Counted from the first letter of the stretch, positions 37,805 through 47,084 are shown. The stretch is 64,000 nt of DNA from Anaerolineae bacterium (GCA_034429475.1 DAOUGD010000126.1:32818-96817); one strand, 5' to 3'. Program-made: numbers and translations. Notes: generated from the sequence alone by a model not told the origin.

Positions 37805-37861
37805 CTCAACGGATTCAACGGATTTGAACGGATTTTTCCGTTAAATTCGTTAAATCCGTTG
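37805..37861. repeat. AACGGAT-unit element, copy D (full, both arms)
   Basis: TCAACGGATTCAACGGATTTGAACGGAT-TTTT-CCGTTAAATTCGTTAAATCCGTTGA. Confidence 0.75.
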
Positions 37862-37884
37862 AGATATTGTTATGGAGGGAGACT

Positions 37885-38847
37885 ATGCGAGTGTTGGTGA
37901 CCGGCGCGGCGGGATTTATCGGAAGTAATCTAGCGGAAACGCTGCTGCGACGCGGCGATACGGTGGTGGGGCTGGATAATTTCTGCGACTATTACAGCCC
38001 GGCGCGCAAACGCGCCAACGCAGCGGTCCTGGCGGCTTATCCTGCCTTTACGCTGCACGAGCTGGACCTGCGCGACGAAGCCGGTGTGGCGCGCGTCATC
38101 GCGGAGGGCGTCTTCGACGCGGTGGCGCACCTGGGCGCGTTGGCGGGTGTGCGCTATTCTATCGAGCGCGCGCCGCTCTACACCGACGTGAACATCCGGG
38201 GCACGGTCAACGTGCTGGAGGGGATGCGCCACGCCGGGACGCCGCACATCGTCTTTGCCTCAACCTCGTCGGTTTATGGCAAGACGGAGCGACTACCTTT
38301 TAAAGAAGACGATCCCCTCGGCCAACCGTTGGCGCCCTATCCGGCCAGTAAAATCGCCGGGGAGTTGATGGGCTACACGTATCACAATCTCTTCAAGCTA
38401 TCCTTCACGGCGGTGCGCTTCTTCAGCGTCTACGGCCCGCGCGGGCGCCCCGATATGATGCCCTACACCATCACCGACAGCATTGTGCATGACAAATCTT
38501 TCAAGCTGTTCAACGCGGGCGAGATGTACCGCGACTGGACCTACGTGGGCGACATCGTCCAGGGCCTCATCGCCGCGCTGGAACGCCCGTTGGATTACAT
38601 CCGCCTGAACCTGGGGCGCGGCGAGCCGGTGCGCATGGCCGACTTCGTCACCCTGGTGGAGAAGCTGGTGGGCAAGTCCGCGCGGATGGAGACGCCGCCC
38701 GCCCCCGCCAGCGAGCCGCCCATCACCTACGCCGACATCACCCTGGCGCGTAATCTGCTCGGCTACGATCCGCACGTCTCCGTAGAAGAAGGGATGACGC
38801 GGTTCTGGGAGTGGTATCAGCGTGAGGCGTTAGGAGTGGCGAGTTAG
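37885..38847 (+). CDS. NAD-dependent epimerase/dehydratase (extended SDR, UDP-sugar 4-epimerase-like)
   Basis: GGAGGGAG RBS, a VLVTGAAGFIGSNL Rossmann motif and YxxxK. Confidence 0.75.
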   Translation: MRVLVTGAAGFIGSNLAETLLRRGDTVVGLDNFCDYYSPARKRANAAVLAAYPAFTLHELDLRDEAGVARVIAEGVFDAVAHLGALAGVRYSIERAPLYTDVNIRGTVNVLEGMRHAGTPHIVFASTSSVYGKTERLPFKEDDPLGQPLAPYPASKIAGELMGYTYHNLFKLSFTAVRFFSVYGPRGRPDMMPYTITDSIVHDKSFKLFNAGEMYRDWTYVGDIVQGLIAALERPLDYIRLNLGRGEPVRMADFVTLVEKLVGKSARMETPPAPASEPPITYADITLARNLLGYDPHVSVEEGMTRFWEWYQREALGVAS

Positions 38848-38884
38848 GAGTTAGTGCTGAGGACTGAGTGTTGAGGACTGAGTC
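38829..38884. repeat. left copy of an inverted repeat flanking the ammonia-lyase gene (coordinates +/-1)
   Basis: GTTAGGAGTGGCGAGTTAGGAG ... GCTGAGGACTGAG. It overlaps the last codons of the epimerase and is followed by 7-8-mer repeats (CGCTGACT / CGCTTTTT) running into the ATG. Confidence 0.6.
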
Positions 38885-38930
38885 TTCGTTGACTCGCTGA
38901 CTCGCTGATTCGCTTTTTCGCTTTTTCGCT

Positions 38931-40469
38931 ATGGAAACGATCATCATCACCGGTGAACATTTGACGATGGAGGATGTGGCCGCCGTGGCGGGGGGGGCGC
39001 GGGCGACGTTGGCGCCTTACGCGGCGGAGGCGATGGCGCGGTCGTGGGCGGGCGTGCAGACGCTCCTGGCGCACGGCGAGATCGCTTACGGGATCACGAC
39101 GGGCTTCGGCGCATTCAAGGGTCGCATCATTCCGCTGCACGAGGTGGCGGCGTTGCAGCGCAATCTGGTGTTGAGCCACGCGGCAGGCGTCGGGCCAGCG
39201 TTGGACGAGCGGACGGTGCGCGCGGTGATTGCGGTGCGTGTCAATACGCTGGCGATGGGCTATTCCGGCATCCGCCCACAGACGGCGGAGGCGCTGCTGG
39301 CGCTGTTGAACGCCGGCGTCACGCCGGTGATTCCGGCGTATGGCTCGCTGGGCGCCAGCGGCGATCTGGCCCCGCTGGCGCATCTCGCGTGCGTCCTCAT
39401 TGGCGAGGGCGAGGCGTGGTATGGCGGCGAGCGACTGCCCGGCGGCGTGGCGCTGCGCCGTGCCGGATTGACGCCGGTGGAACTTGGCGCGAAGGAAGGG
39501 CTGGCCCTGATCAACGGCACGGCGGTGACGACGGCCCTGGGCGCGCTGGTGGAGTTGCGGACCGAGAATCTCATCCGCGCCGCCGACATCGCGGGCGCGC
39601 TCTCGCTGGAGGCGTTGCGCGGCACCGTCGCCGCCTTCGACCCGCGCCTGCACTTCGTCCGCCCGCACCCGCGCCAGGTGGACGCGGCGGCGTACATGCG
39701 GCGCATCCTCGCCGGCAGCACGTTCGTCCGCCCCCACGATCCCCGCGACATTCAGGACGCCTATAGCTTGCGGTGCATCCCCCAGGTTCACGGCGCGGTG
39801 CGCGACACAGTGGCCTATGCGCGCTGGGCGCTGGAAATCGAACTCAACGCGGTGACGGATAATCCGTTGATTTTCTTCGACGCGGAAGGCCGCCCGGAGG
39901 TGCTGTCGGGCGGCAATTTCCACGCCGAGCCGGTAGGGCTGGCGCTGGATTACCTCAAGCTGGGGATGGTGGAACTGGGCAACATCAGCGAGCGGCGCAC
40001 GGCCCGGCTGGTGGACGAGGCGCTGAGCAACGGCCTGCCGCCGTTCCTCACGCGCTACGGTGGGCTGGAAAGCGGCTTTATGCTCGCGCAGTACACGGCG
40101 GCGGCGCTGGCCTCGCAGAACAAGGTGCTGGCGCATCCGGCCACGGCGGACTCGATTCCCACGTCCGCCAATACCGAGGATCACGTCAGCATGGCGACCA
40201 ACGCGGCGCACAACACCCGGCAGGTGGTGGACAACGTCGAGTGCATCGTCGCGGTGGAATTGTTGGCAGCCGCGCAGGGGATTGACTTGCGCCGCGCGCA
40301 GTTAGGGCGGACGGCGCAGTTGGGCAAGGGCACGGCGGTGGCCTACGAAGCCGTGCGCTCCTGCGCGCCCTTCCTGGAACACGACGCCCCGCTCGCGCCG
40401 CTGATCGAATCCGTGCGCGCCCTCATCGCCGGCGGAGAGCTGGTGAAAGCCGTGGACGCGGCGGTGTGA
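38931..40469 (+). CDS. MIO-dependent histidine/aromatic-amino-acid ammonia-lyase
   Basis: GSLGASGDLAPLAHLA carries the Ala-Ser-Gly MIO triad, 512 aa. No hutU or hutI is nearby, so substrate is unassigned. Confidence 0.8.
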   Translation: METIIITGEHLTMEDVAAVAGGARATLAPYAAEAMARSWAGVQTLLAHGEIAYGITTGFGAFKGRIIPLHEVAALQRNLVLSHAAGVGPALDERTVRAVIAVRVNTLAMGYSGIRPQTAEALLALLNAGVTPVIPAYGSLGASGDLAPLAHLACVLIGEGEAWYGGERLPGGVALRRAGLTPVELGAKEGLALINGTAVTTALGALVELRTENLIRAADIAGALSLEALRGTVAAFDPRLHFVRPHPRQVDAAAYMRRILAGSTFVRPHDPRDIQDAYSLRCIPQVHGAVRDTVAYARWALEIELNAVTDNPLIFFDAEGRPEVLSGGNFHAEPVGLALDYLKLGMVELGNISERRTARLVDEALSNGLPPFLTRYGGLESGFMLAQYTAAALASQNKVLAHPATADSIPTSANTEDHVSMATNAAHNTRQVVDNVECIVAVELLAAAQGIDLRRAQLGRTAQLGKGTAVAYEAVRSCAPFLEHDAPLAPLIESVRALIAGGELVKAVDAAV

Positions 40470-40602
40470 AGAGGGGGAGAGGAGGAGAGGAGGAGAGGGG
40501 GAGAGGGGGAGACTCAGTCCTCAGTCCTCAGCACTCAGCACCCCTAACTCGCCACTCCTAACTCCTAACTCCTAACTCCTAACTCCTATTTCCTATTTCG
40601 CT
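40470..40602. repeat. composite repeat block: (GGAGA/GGGGA)n purine array, right inverted-repeat copy (40511-40570), then CTAACTC x5 and CTATTTC x2 heptamers ending at the ATG
   Basis: Read directly from the sequence. Its reverse complement matches the block at 38829-38884. Confidence 0.65.
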
Positions 40603-41586
40603 ATGGACGCTTTAGTAACCGGAGCCACCGGGTGTGTGGGGGCCAACATTGTGGAGGCGCTGCTGGCGCGGGGGTATGGCGTGCGGGCGCTGCGGCGGGC
40701 AACGTCGCGGCTGGACGCGCTGGCGGGCCTGACGCCGGAATGGGCGGTGGGGGACGTGCTGGACGAGTCCGCCCTGCGCGCCGCGATGGACGGCTGCGCG
40801 TGGGTGTTCCACGCGGCGGCGGTGTCGCAATACTGGCGCAGCCACCCCGACGAGATTTATCGCGTCAACGTGACGGGGACGCGCAACGTGCTGTGGGCGG
40901 CGCAGGCGTGCGGCGTGCGCCGGGTGATTTTCACCAGTTCCGTGGCTGTGTTAGGCGTGCCGACGCAGCCGGGGCGAATCCTGGACGAGACGGCGACGTT
41001 CAACCTGCATCCGGCGCAATTCCATTACGGGCACAGCAAGTGGTTGGCCGAGGCGGACGTGCAGCGCGCCGTGGCGCAAGGATTGGACGTCGTCATCGTC
41101 AATCCGGCGTCCGTCATCGGGCAGCGCGATGTGAATTTTGTGGGGGGCGAAATTTTGCGGCTGGTGGCGCGGGGGCTGATGGTCGTCGCGCCGCCCGGCG
41201 CGATGGGGATCGTGGGGGCGCGCGCGGTGGGACTGGGCCACGTCCTGGCGGCGGAGCGGGGGCGCACCGGCGAGCGGTACATCCTCAACGGCGAAAATGT
41301 GCCTCATCGCGCCCTGCTGACGTTGATGGCTGAGGTGACGGGCGCGCGTCCGCCATTGATCACACTGCCGTCGGCGCTGGTGCGTCTGGCGGCGGGGGCG
41401 GTGCGCCTGGCGGGGCGGCTGTGCGGCAAGCCGCTGCCGGTGGACGCGGCGCAGTTGGAGTTGAGCGCGCGGGCGATGTGCTTTGACGGCGGCAAGGCGC
41501 ACCGGGAGTTGGATTTTCCTTTGGTGCCGGCGCGCGCGGCGGTGCAGGAGGCGTGGGACTGGTATGGCGCGCATGGCGGATTGTGA
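40603..41586 (+). CDS. NAD-dependent epimerase/dehydratase family protein (SDR)
   Basis: VTGATGCVGANIV Rossmann motif, 327 aa. Confidence 0.7.
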   Translation: MDALVTGATGCVGANIVEALLARGYGVRALRRATSRLDALAGLTPEWAVGDVLDESALRAAMDGCAWVFHAAAVSQYWRSHPDEIYRVNVTGTRNVLWAAQACGVRRVIFTSSVAVLGVPTQPGRILDETATFNLHPAQFHYGHSKWLAEADVQRAVAQGLDVVIVNPASVIGQRDVNFVGGEILRLVARGLMVVAPPGAMGIVGARAVGLGHVLAAERGRTGERYILNGENVPHRALLTLMAEVTGARPPLITLPSALVRLAAGAVRLAGRLCGKPLPVDAAQLELSARAMCFDGGKAHRELDFPLVPARAAVQEAWDWYGAHGGL

Positions 41587-41601
41587 ACGGGGTGTGGCAG
41601 G

Positions 41602-43113
41602 ATGCAGTTAAAGTCGGAGCGGGAGTTGTACCGCCGACGGCGGGAGACGCCGTGGGTGCAATGGTTTGTGGTGATGCTGCTGCTGGGCATCGGTGGCTAC
41701 ATCGCATATTTAATCCTGGTGCGTATCGAGGCGCGGGTAGTGACGCCGGCCACCCCGACCCCGGCGCCGACGGCCACGCCCTCACCCCTGCTGCATATCG
41801 CGGAGGCGGAAGAGGCCTACTTTAGCGGTAATTTGGGGGCCGCAATCGTTGCCTACCAGCACGCGTTGGATTTGGAGCCTAATCAGACTGAACTGTACGT
41901 GATTTTGTCGCGTCTGCTAACGTTGCAGGAGCAGCCGGAGCGGGGGCTGTTGATGGCGAAGGAGGCGCTGCGCCGTCAGCCAGATAACGCGCGAGCGTGG
42001 GCGTTGGCAGGGTTGGCGTATGACTGGCTGGGGCTGCCCTACGAGGCGATTGCGGCGTGCGAAAAGGCGTTGGAACTCGATCCGACGTTGCCGGAGGCGT
42101 ATGCGTATCTGGCCGAAGCGTATATGGATGTCGGGAACTGGTTTGCCGCGAATGACGCTATCGGCACGGCGATGGAATTGGACGACGCCAATGTGGACGT
42201 GCTGCGCAATTACGGCTACGTATTAGAAAACCAGGGCAACTATTATGGGGCGATTGAGTCCTATAAAAAGGCGTTGGAGATTCAGCCGTTGGGATATGTT
42301 TACACGTCTATCGGACGCAACGCCGGCGCCGTGAACAATTTGCCGATGGCGCGGGATGCTTACAAAGAGGCGATCCAGTTTGATCCGGGCAACGCGCTGT
42401 TGCTGGATAACCTGGGATGGGTGTATTTGTTGATGGGGGACTACGACAATGCCCGGTCGGTGCTGCGCCAGGCATTGGATCTCGATCCCATCAACTCTGA
42501 CGCGGCTGCGCATCTGGCGACTCTGTACTATTACCAGCGCAATTACGAAGGCGCCATTGAACTGTTTCAACCGGCGATCCGCTACGGCGAGGCCCGCTCG
42601 CGGCGCCGGACGGTATTTTTTGTGATTACAGAAGAAGATTTGGGGCAGATAGGCGCAAAGCCCTCGGCCACGGAAGTGGCGCGTGCGGAATTTGTGCATC
42701 CATTAAATGTGGATATGCCCCTGCGCGCCGCGTTCGACGGCACTGAAGCAAATAGGGGGGGTCGGGGATACGTGCGGCTGGATGTGGGCAATGGGCGGTA
42801 TTCGTTGCGGTTGACGCAGATAGCGCCGCCGTCGCCCGCCAAGGTGTACGTAGGATGGTTCCTCCCTTTGCTGACGCCGGAGCGCGCGACGGTGCGCACG
42901 GAGCCGATTTTCCTGACTCCCGATGGCCGGGCAGAACTCGAAGGCGAAACTGGGACGGTGAAGGGTCCGCCGATTGAGACGTATTATACTTTGGCGCTGT
43001 GTTATTATTTTTTGGATGAGTGCAACAATGCGCAACCTTACATTCAGACTGCGCTGCGCCTGGACCCGGAAGACGCCAACGCCCGGCAAACGCTGAGCCT
43101 CTGTCAGCAGTGA
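41602..43113 (+). CDS. TPR-repeat protein with N-terminal TM anchor
   Basis: A TM helix (WFVVMLLLGIGGYIAYLIL) followed by multiple TPRs. Confidence 0.65.
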   Translation: MQLKSERELYRRRRETPWVQWFVVMLLLGIGGYIAYLILVRIEARVVTPATPTPAPTATPSPLLHIAEAEEAYFSGNLGAAIVAYQHALDLEPNQTELYVILSRLLTLQEQPERGLLMAKEALRRQPDNARAWALAGLAYDWLGLPYEAIAACEKALELDPTLPEAYAYLAEAYMDVGNWFAANDAIGTAMELDDANVDVLRNYGYVLENQGNYYGAIESYKKALEIQPLGYVYTSIGRNAGAVNNLPMARDAYKEAIQFDPGNALLLDNLGWVYLLMGDYDNARSVLRQALDLDPINSDAAAHLATLYYYQRNYEGAIELFQPAIRYGEARSRRRTVFFVITEEDLGQIGAKPSATEVARAEFVHPLNVDMPLRAAFDGTEANRGGRGYVRLDVGNGRYSLRLTQIAPPSPAKVYVGWFLPLLTPERATVRTEPIFLTPDGRAELEGETGTVKGPPIETYYTLALCYYFLDECNNAQPYIQTALRLDPEDANARQTLSLCQQ

Positions 43114-43142
43114 AAGTCTATCTGAAAATTCGGTTTAACCCG

Positions 43143-43187
43143 CGCTTTGCGCCTAAAGGCGCGAGTTGAAGGGCGTTTTTTTGGGCG
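43143..43187 (+). terminator. GC hairpin (GCGCC-TAAA-GGCGC) followed by a T7 run
   Basis: Read directly from the sequence. The T-run is ~12 nt from the stem, so this is weak. Confidence 0.3.
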
Positions 43188-43238
43188 GCGGGCGCAACTC
43201 GCTGCCCAAAGTCCCTCTTGAAATGAGATGGTTTCACA

Positions 43239-45971
43239 ATGAAAATTCTGCGAGAAAACTTTTTCCGTCAGTGGGCCGCGCCGGTAGGCGTGATGGGGTC
43301 GGCAGTGGCGCTGATCTACCGACGGTTGATCGCTGGTCAGGTGTTGGCCGGCGGCGACTTGCATCTGTATTTTTTCCCCTATTGGATGGCGGCGGCGCGG
43401 TCGTTCCTGGCCGGGAAGCTGCCCCTGTGGACGCCTGATCTGTTTGCGGGGGCGCCACTGCTGGCAAACTCGCAGATCGGCGTATTTTACCCCCTGAACT
43501 GGCCGTTGTGGTGGTTGTCGGGCGGCTCGTTGCTGGGGGTGACGCGCGCCCTGCACATCAGCGTGCTGCTGCATCTGGCGCTGGCGGCGCTGACAGCGTG
43601 TGTGTTGGCCCGGCGGGTGGGCGCTGCACCGTGGGGCGCAGCGCTGGCAGGACTGCTTTATGCCGGCGGCGGTTACCTGGGTCTGCACGTCGAACACTTG
43701 AACCAGTTGCAGGGATTGGCCTGGCTGCCCTTGGTGCTACTGCCGGGGCAAAAGGCGCAGTTTCACGTTTTGCGTTTCACGTTTCACGTTTCATTCCCCT
43801 CGCCTATAAGCATCATCGCCCTGACCCTTATGCTCCTGGCCGGTCACACCCAAATGGCCTTTATGGCCGGCGTCGGCCTTCTTGTCTGGAAAGCGGTGGA
43901 CTGCGGTTTCTGGAGCTTAGGGAATCGTTATTCCGTTTCTCGCGTGTCCTATTCCCTATTTCCTATTTCCTATTTCCTGTCCTTGCTTCCCTATGCCCTG
44001 GCCCCCTTGATCGCCGCCGTGCAACTGTTGCCCACCCTTGAGTTAGCGCAGTTTTCGCTTCGCAGCAGCGGTCTGCCGTGGCGGGAGGCGGTGTCGTTCT
44101 CCATCCGCCCGTGGGATTTGCCGGAAGCGTTGCTGCCGACTTATCTGGTCACGCCGCTGCTGCCGGAAGGTGTCGCCTACCTGGGGCTGGTGGGGATGGC
44201 GTTGGCGGCGTGGGGGGCGTGGCGGGGGCTGCGCCGCCGTGATAGGGACGCTTGGGCGGTGGTTGTGCTGGCCGGGGTGGGGGTGTTCCTGGCTCTGGGC
44301 GCTTACAACCCCCTGTATTTGGCGGCGATACGTCTGGGGATACCGGGCTTGATTCACTTCCGCGCTCCGGCGCGCTTCCTGGTGCTGTACACGCTGGGGA
44401 TGGCGCTGCTGGCCGGGCGTGGTTTCTCTGAGCTGCCGGAATTGTTGGGTGAGCTGCGGGGGCTTCTTTTTCGTCAGCAGATTAGAACGGAAGGCGGGGA
44501 TCAACGGAATACAACAGAAATCCCAAAAATCCGTTCAAATCCGTTCAATCCGTTGATACATTTGATCGGGGGTATCACAATCGTCCTGGCTTGCGTCGAA
44601 CTGTTGATTTCCTCCGCTTCCCTGCCGCACGCCGACGCGACGGCGGCGCGCGCTTACACCGACCTGCGCCCGGCGACCGCGCATCTGGTGGCGGCGACGC
44701 AAGCGGCATTGGCGGGCGAATGGCCGGGACGCTTTCTCAGTATTTCCAAGACGCTTTTCGACGCCGGGGACGAGGTGGACATGACGGCCATTTACGGGGA
44801 CGCGCTTTCGGCGGATGCCCTGTGGCAGTACAAGGTAGCGGCCAAACACCGAGAAGTGCTGTCGCCCAACCTGGCGTTGGCGTTTGGCGTCCCGGCGGCG
44901 GATGGCTACGATGGCGGCCTGCTGCCGTTGCGGCACTACAGCGCTTTCTCGCAGTTGATGTTGCCCGACGGCACGCTGGATGGCCGGCTGCGAGAGAATC
45001 TGACGAGCATCCCGGAAGCGCGCTGGCTTTCCCTGTTGGACGTGCGCTTCGTGATGACCGACAAGACCGGCGATGCCTGGGTGGAGGACGTGTTTTACGA
45101 CCGGCAATTTCAGCCGGCGCTAGCCGCTGACGCGTCGTTGTCGTTGGGATGGTTGCCGGACGATTTCACTGCCGATGCGTTGGGCCTGTTGTATGCCGGT
45201 GCCGGTAACGTCACGTTGACGTTGGGAGATGGGCGCGCGCTCACCGCAACGCTACCGGCTCAGGTGGCCGAGTCGCCGTATCGTGTGCGATGGGTTGCCG
45301 CCGCTCGCGTGACCGGCGTGACCTTGCAGGCCTCCACCCCCGGTTTGACGTTAACCGGCGCCAGTCTGTTAGACGAGCGGGCCGCCGCTTTCTATCCTCT
45401 GACGCTTTCAGCGCATTTCCGGCTGGCTCATTCCGGCGATGTGAAGATTTACGAGGCATTGGCGCCGTCATCCCGCGTATTCTGGACGCCGACCTATACG
45501 TGTGTGGCCGACGATGCGGTGGCGCTGGCGGTGATGCGCGATCCGGCTTTCGATCCGACGACAAACGCGGTCGTGCAGGGCTGTGAGGGCGGCGAGAGCG
45601 TGGCCGAGGAGGGCGGCGCGGCAGACATCCGGCTCATCCGGCGCAGCGCTACCGAGGTGCGGCTGGCCGTTACGACGCCCACGTCCGGCCTGTTGACCCT
45701 GGCTGAGGCGTGGTATCCCGGCTGGCAGGCGCGGGTGACTTCGGAAACGAACGACCTACTGTTCACATCGGTACTACAGGTGGATATTCTCTTTCGCGGG
45801 GTGCGGTTAGGGCCGGGAAACTGGTGGGTTACTTTTGCCTATCGGCCTCACGGATTGTTGGTGGGCGGCTGGCTCAGTTTAGTGGGCATGGCGGGATTCG
45901 GCGGGTATGCCGTGCGCTTGCGGCGAAGGCGCGGGACTGCTGCGTTAGAACCTTCTGACATATCATCGTGA
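43239..45971 (+). CDS. YfhO-family polytopic membrane protein (putative glycosyltransferase)
   Basis: The N-terminal YfhO-like pattern (LYFFPYW ... LWTPDLFAGAPLLANSQIGVFYPLNW) and many TM helices support this. The 910-aa ORF is intact despite three in-frame repeat insertions. Confidence 0.7.
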   Translation: MKILRENFFRQWAAPVGVMGSAVALIYRRLIAGQVLAGGDLHLYFFPYWMAAARSFLAGKLPLWTPDLFAGAPLLANSQIGVFYPLNWPLWWLSGGSLLGVTRALHISVLLHLALAALTACVLARRVGAAPWGAALAGLLYAGGGYLGLHVEHLNQLQGLAWLPLVLLPGQKAQFHVLRFTFHVSFPSPISIIALTLMLLAGHTQMAFMAGVGLLVWKAVDCGFWSLGNRYSVSRVSYSLFPISYFLSLLPYALAPLIAAVQLLPTLELAQFSLRSSGLPWREAVSFSIRPWDLPEALLPTYLVTPLLPEGVAYLGLVGMALAAWGAWRGLRRRDRDAWAVVVLAGVGVFLALGAYNPLYLAAIRLGIPGLIHFRAPARFLVLYTLGMALLAGRGFSELPELLGELRGLLFRQQIRTEGGDQRNTTEIPKIRSNPFNPLIHLIGGITIVLACVELLISSASLPHADATAARAYTDLRPATAHLVAATQAALAGEWPGRFLSISKTLFDAGDEVDMTAIYGDALSADALWQYKVAAKHREVLSPNLALAFGVPAADGYDGGLLPLRHYSAFSQLMLPDGTLDGRLRENLTSIPEARWLSLLDVRFVMTDKTGDAWVEDVFYDRQFQPALAADASLSLGWLPDDFTADALGLLYAGAGNVTLTLGDGRALTATLPAQVAESPYRVRWVAAARVTGVTLQASTPGLTLTGASLLDERAAAFYPLTLSAHFRLAHSGDVKIYEALAPSSRVFWTPTYTCVADDAVALAVMRDPAFDPTTNAVVQGCEGGESVAEEGGAADIRLIRRSATEVRLAVTTPTSGLLTLAEAWYPGWQARVTSETNDLLFTSVLQVDILFRGVRLGPGNWWVTFAYRPHGLLVGGWLSLVGMAGFGGYAVRLRRRRGTAALEPSDISS
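43760..43794. repeat. 7-mer tandem repeat (TTCACGTTT units) inside the YfhO-family CDS
   Basis: Read directly from the sequence. It encodes FHVLRFTFHVSF in-frame. Confidence 0.6.
43947..43982. repeat. 7-mer tandem repeat (CTATTTC x4) inside the YfhO-family CDS
   Basis: It encodes SLFPISYFLS in-frame. The same heptamer occurs in the intergenic block at 40586-40600. Confidence 0.6.
44493..44548. repeat. AACGGAT-unit element, copy E, inserted in-frame in the YfhO-family CDS
   Basis: TCAACGGAATACAACAGAAATCC-CAAAA-ATCCGTTCAAATCCGTTCAATCCGTTGA. It translates as ...DQRNTTEIPKIRSNPFNPLI... Confidence 0.65.
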
Positions 45972-46081
45972 AACCTTGTAGGCTTTCGGCAATGTTTGTG
46001 GATGTTTTTTGCATTCTACCGGGGAATTGGATATAATTAAATTGGTTATTTTGATTTTGCTTGCTACTTAGTTCGTTTGAG

Positions 46082-46112
46082 AGGTTGGAAATCGCCAACC
46101 TACTTTTTCTTC
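46082..46112 (+). terminator. hairpin AGGTTGG-AAATCG-CCAACCT followed by a T-rich run
   Basis: Read directly downstream of the YfhO-family gene. Confidence 0.4.
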
Positions 46113-46162
46113 AAACGTTAACCAAACGTTCATTCTATAACTTTATCTTGCATGGGGTTTCG

Positions 46163-46171
46163 TGATATAAT
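46163..46171 (+). promoter_or_regulatory. extended -10 element TGaTATAAT in an AT-rich region upstream of the receiver genes
   Basis: A perfect TATAAT with upstream TG. No clear -35 was found. Confidence 0.35.
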
Positions 46172-46204
46172 TTAGACAGTCACGAGACAACGTAAACAGG
46201 AGTC

Positions 46205-46621
46205 ATGAAGGGAGCAGACATGTTTTTGGACGAAGAAACGAGCGGTCGTGGTGAAAAAATTTTGTACATCGAGGACAATCCCGGCAATCGTATGTTGGTG
46301 CGCCGTATCCTGTTAGTGGAAGACTACGTTGTCATTGAGGCCGAGAATGGCCGGGAAGGCGTAGCGGCGGCTTTGCGTGAAAACCCGGACTTGATCCTGA
46401 TGGATATGAACTTGCCCGAGGTGGATGGTTATGAATTGACCAAGCAGATTCGCGCCATCCCCGAAATTAAAAACATCCCCATTATCGCTATGACGGCGAA
46501 CGTGATGTTGGGGGACAAAGAGAAAACGTTAGAGGCCGGTTGTGATGGCTATATCCCCAAGCCGATTGATGTGGACGAGCTACCACGTCAGATTCGGCGT
46601 TTCCTGGATGCGCGGGGTTAG
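46205..46621 (+). CDS. single-domain CheY-like response regulator (receiver only)
   Basis: ILYIEDNPGN ... LILMDMNLPEVDG ... IAMTA ... KPID. GC is ~52%. Confidence 0.8.
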   Translation: MKGADMFLDEETSGRGEKILYIEDNPGNRMLVRRILLVEDYVVIEAENGREGVAAALRENPDLILMDMNLPEVDGYELTKQIRAIPEIKNIPIIAMTANVMLGDKEKTLEAGCDGYIPKPIDVDELPRQIRRFLDARG

Positions 46622-46664
46622 GGCAGCGCTGGCTGCTTAGGGATCTTTTTAAAGGATTGTACTC

Positions 46665-47084
46665 ATGGCATGGAAGCCGACACTTCCCAAAGACGCGGTC
46701 ATCCTGATTGTGGAGGATAACCTCAATAATTTCATCTTGATGACCCGCTTACTGGCCTTTTTGGGCGTGAAAAAGTGTGAGTGGAAGGCTTCCGGTTGGA
46801 AAGTGTTGGAGTTTGCCGAAACGCTGGGGAACGTCAGCCTGATTCTGATGGATATGAATCTACCAGAGGCCGACGGTTTTCAAGCGTTGGCGTCGTTACG
46901 TTCGCATCAGCGTTTCGTGGATGTGCCGATTGTGGCGGTAACGGCTCACGTATCTAGGGAAAATCTCAGCCGCGCGCGGCAGGCTGGATTTAACGGTTTT
47001 ATCGGCAAGCCTTTGGACCCGGAGCGTTTTCCCGAACAAATCCGCCGCGCCCTGCAAGGTGAGGAGGTATGGGAGCCGGAGTAG
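46665..47084 (+). CDS. single-domain CheY-like response regulator (receiver only)
   Basis: ILIVEDN ... LILMDMNLPEADG ... VAVTAH ... KPLD. Confidence 0.8.
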   Translation: MAWKPTLPKDAVILIVEDNLNNFILMTRLLAFLGVKKCEWKASGWKVLEFAETLGNVSLILMDMNLPEADGFQALASLRSHQRFVDVPIVAVTAHVSRENLSRARQAGFNGFIGKPLDPERFPEQIRRALQGEEVWEPE

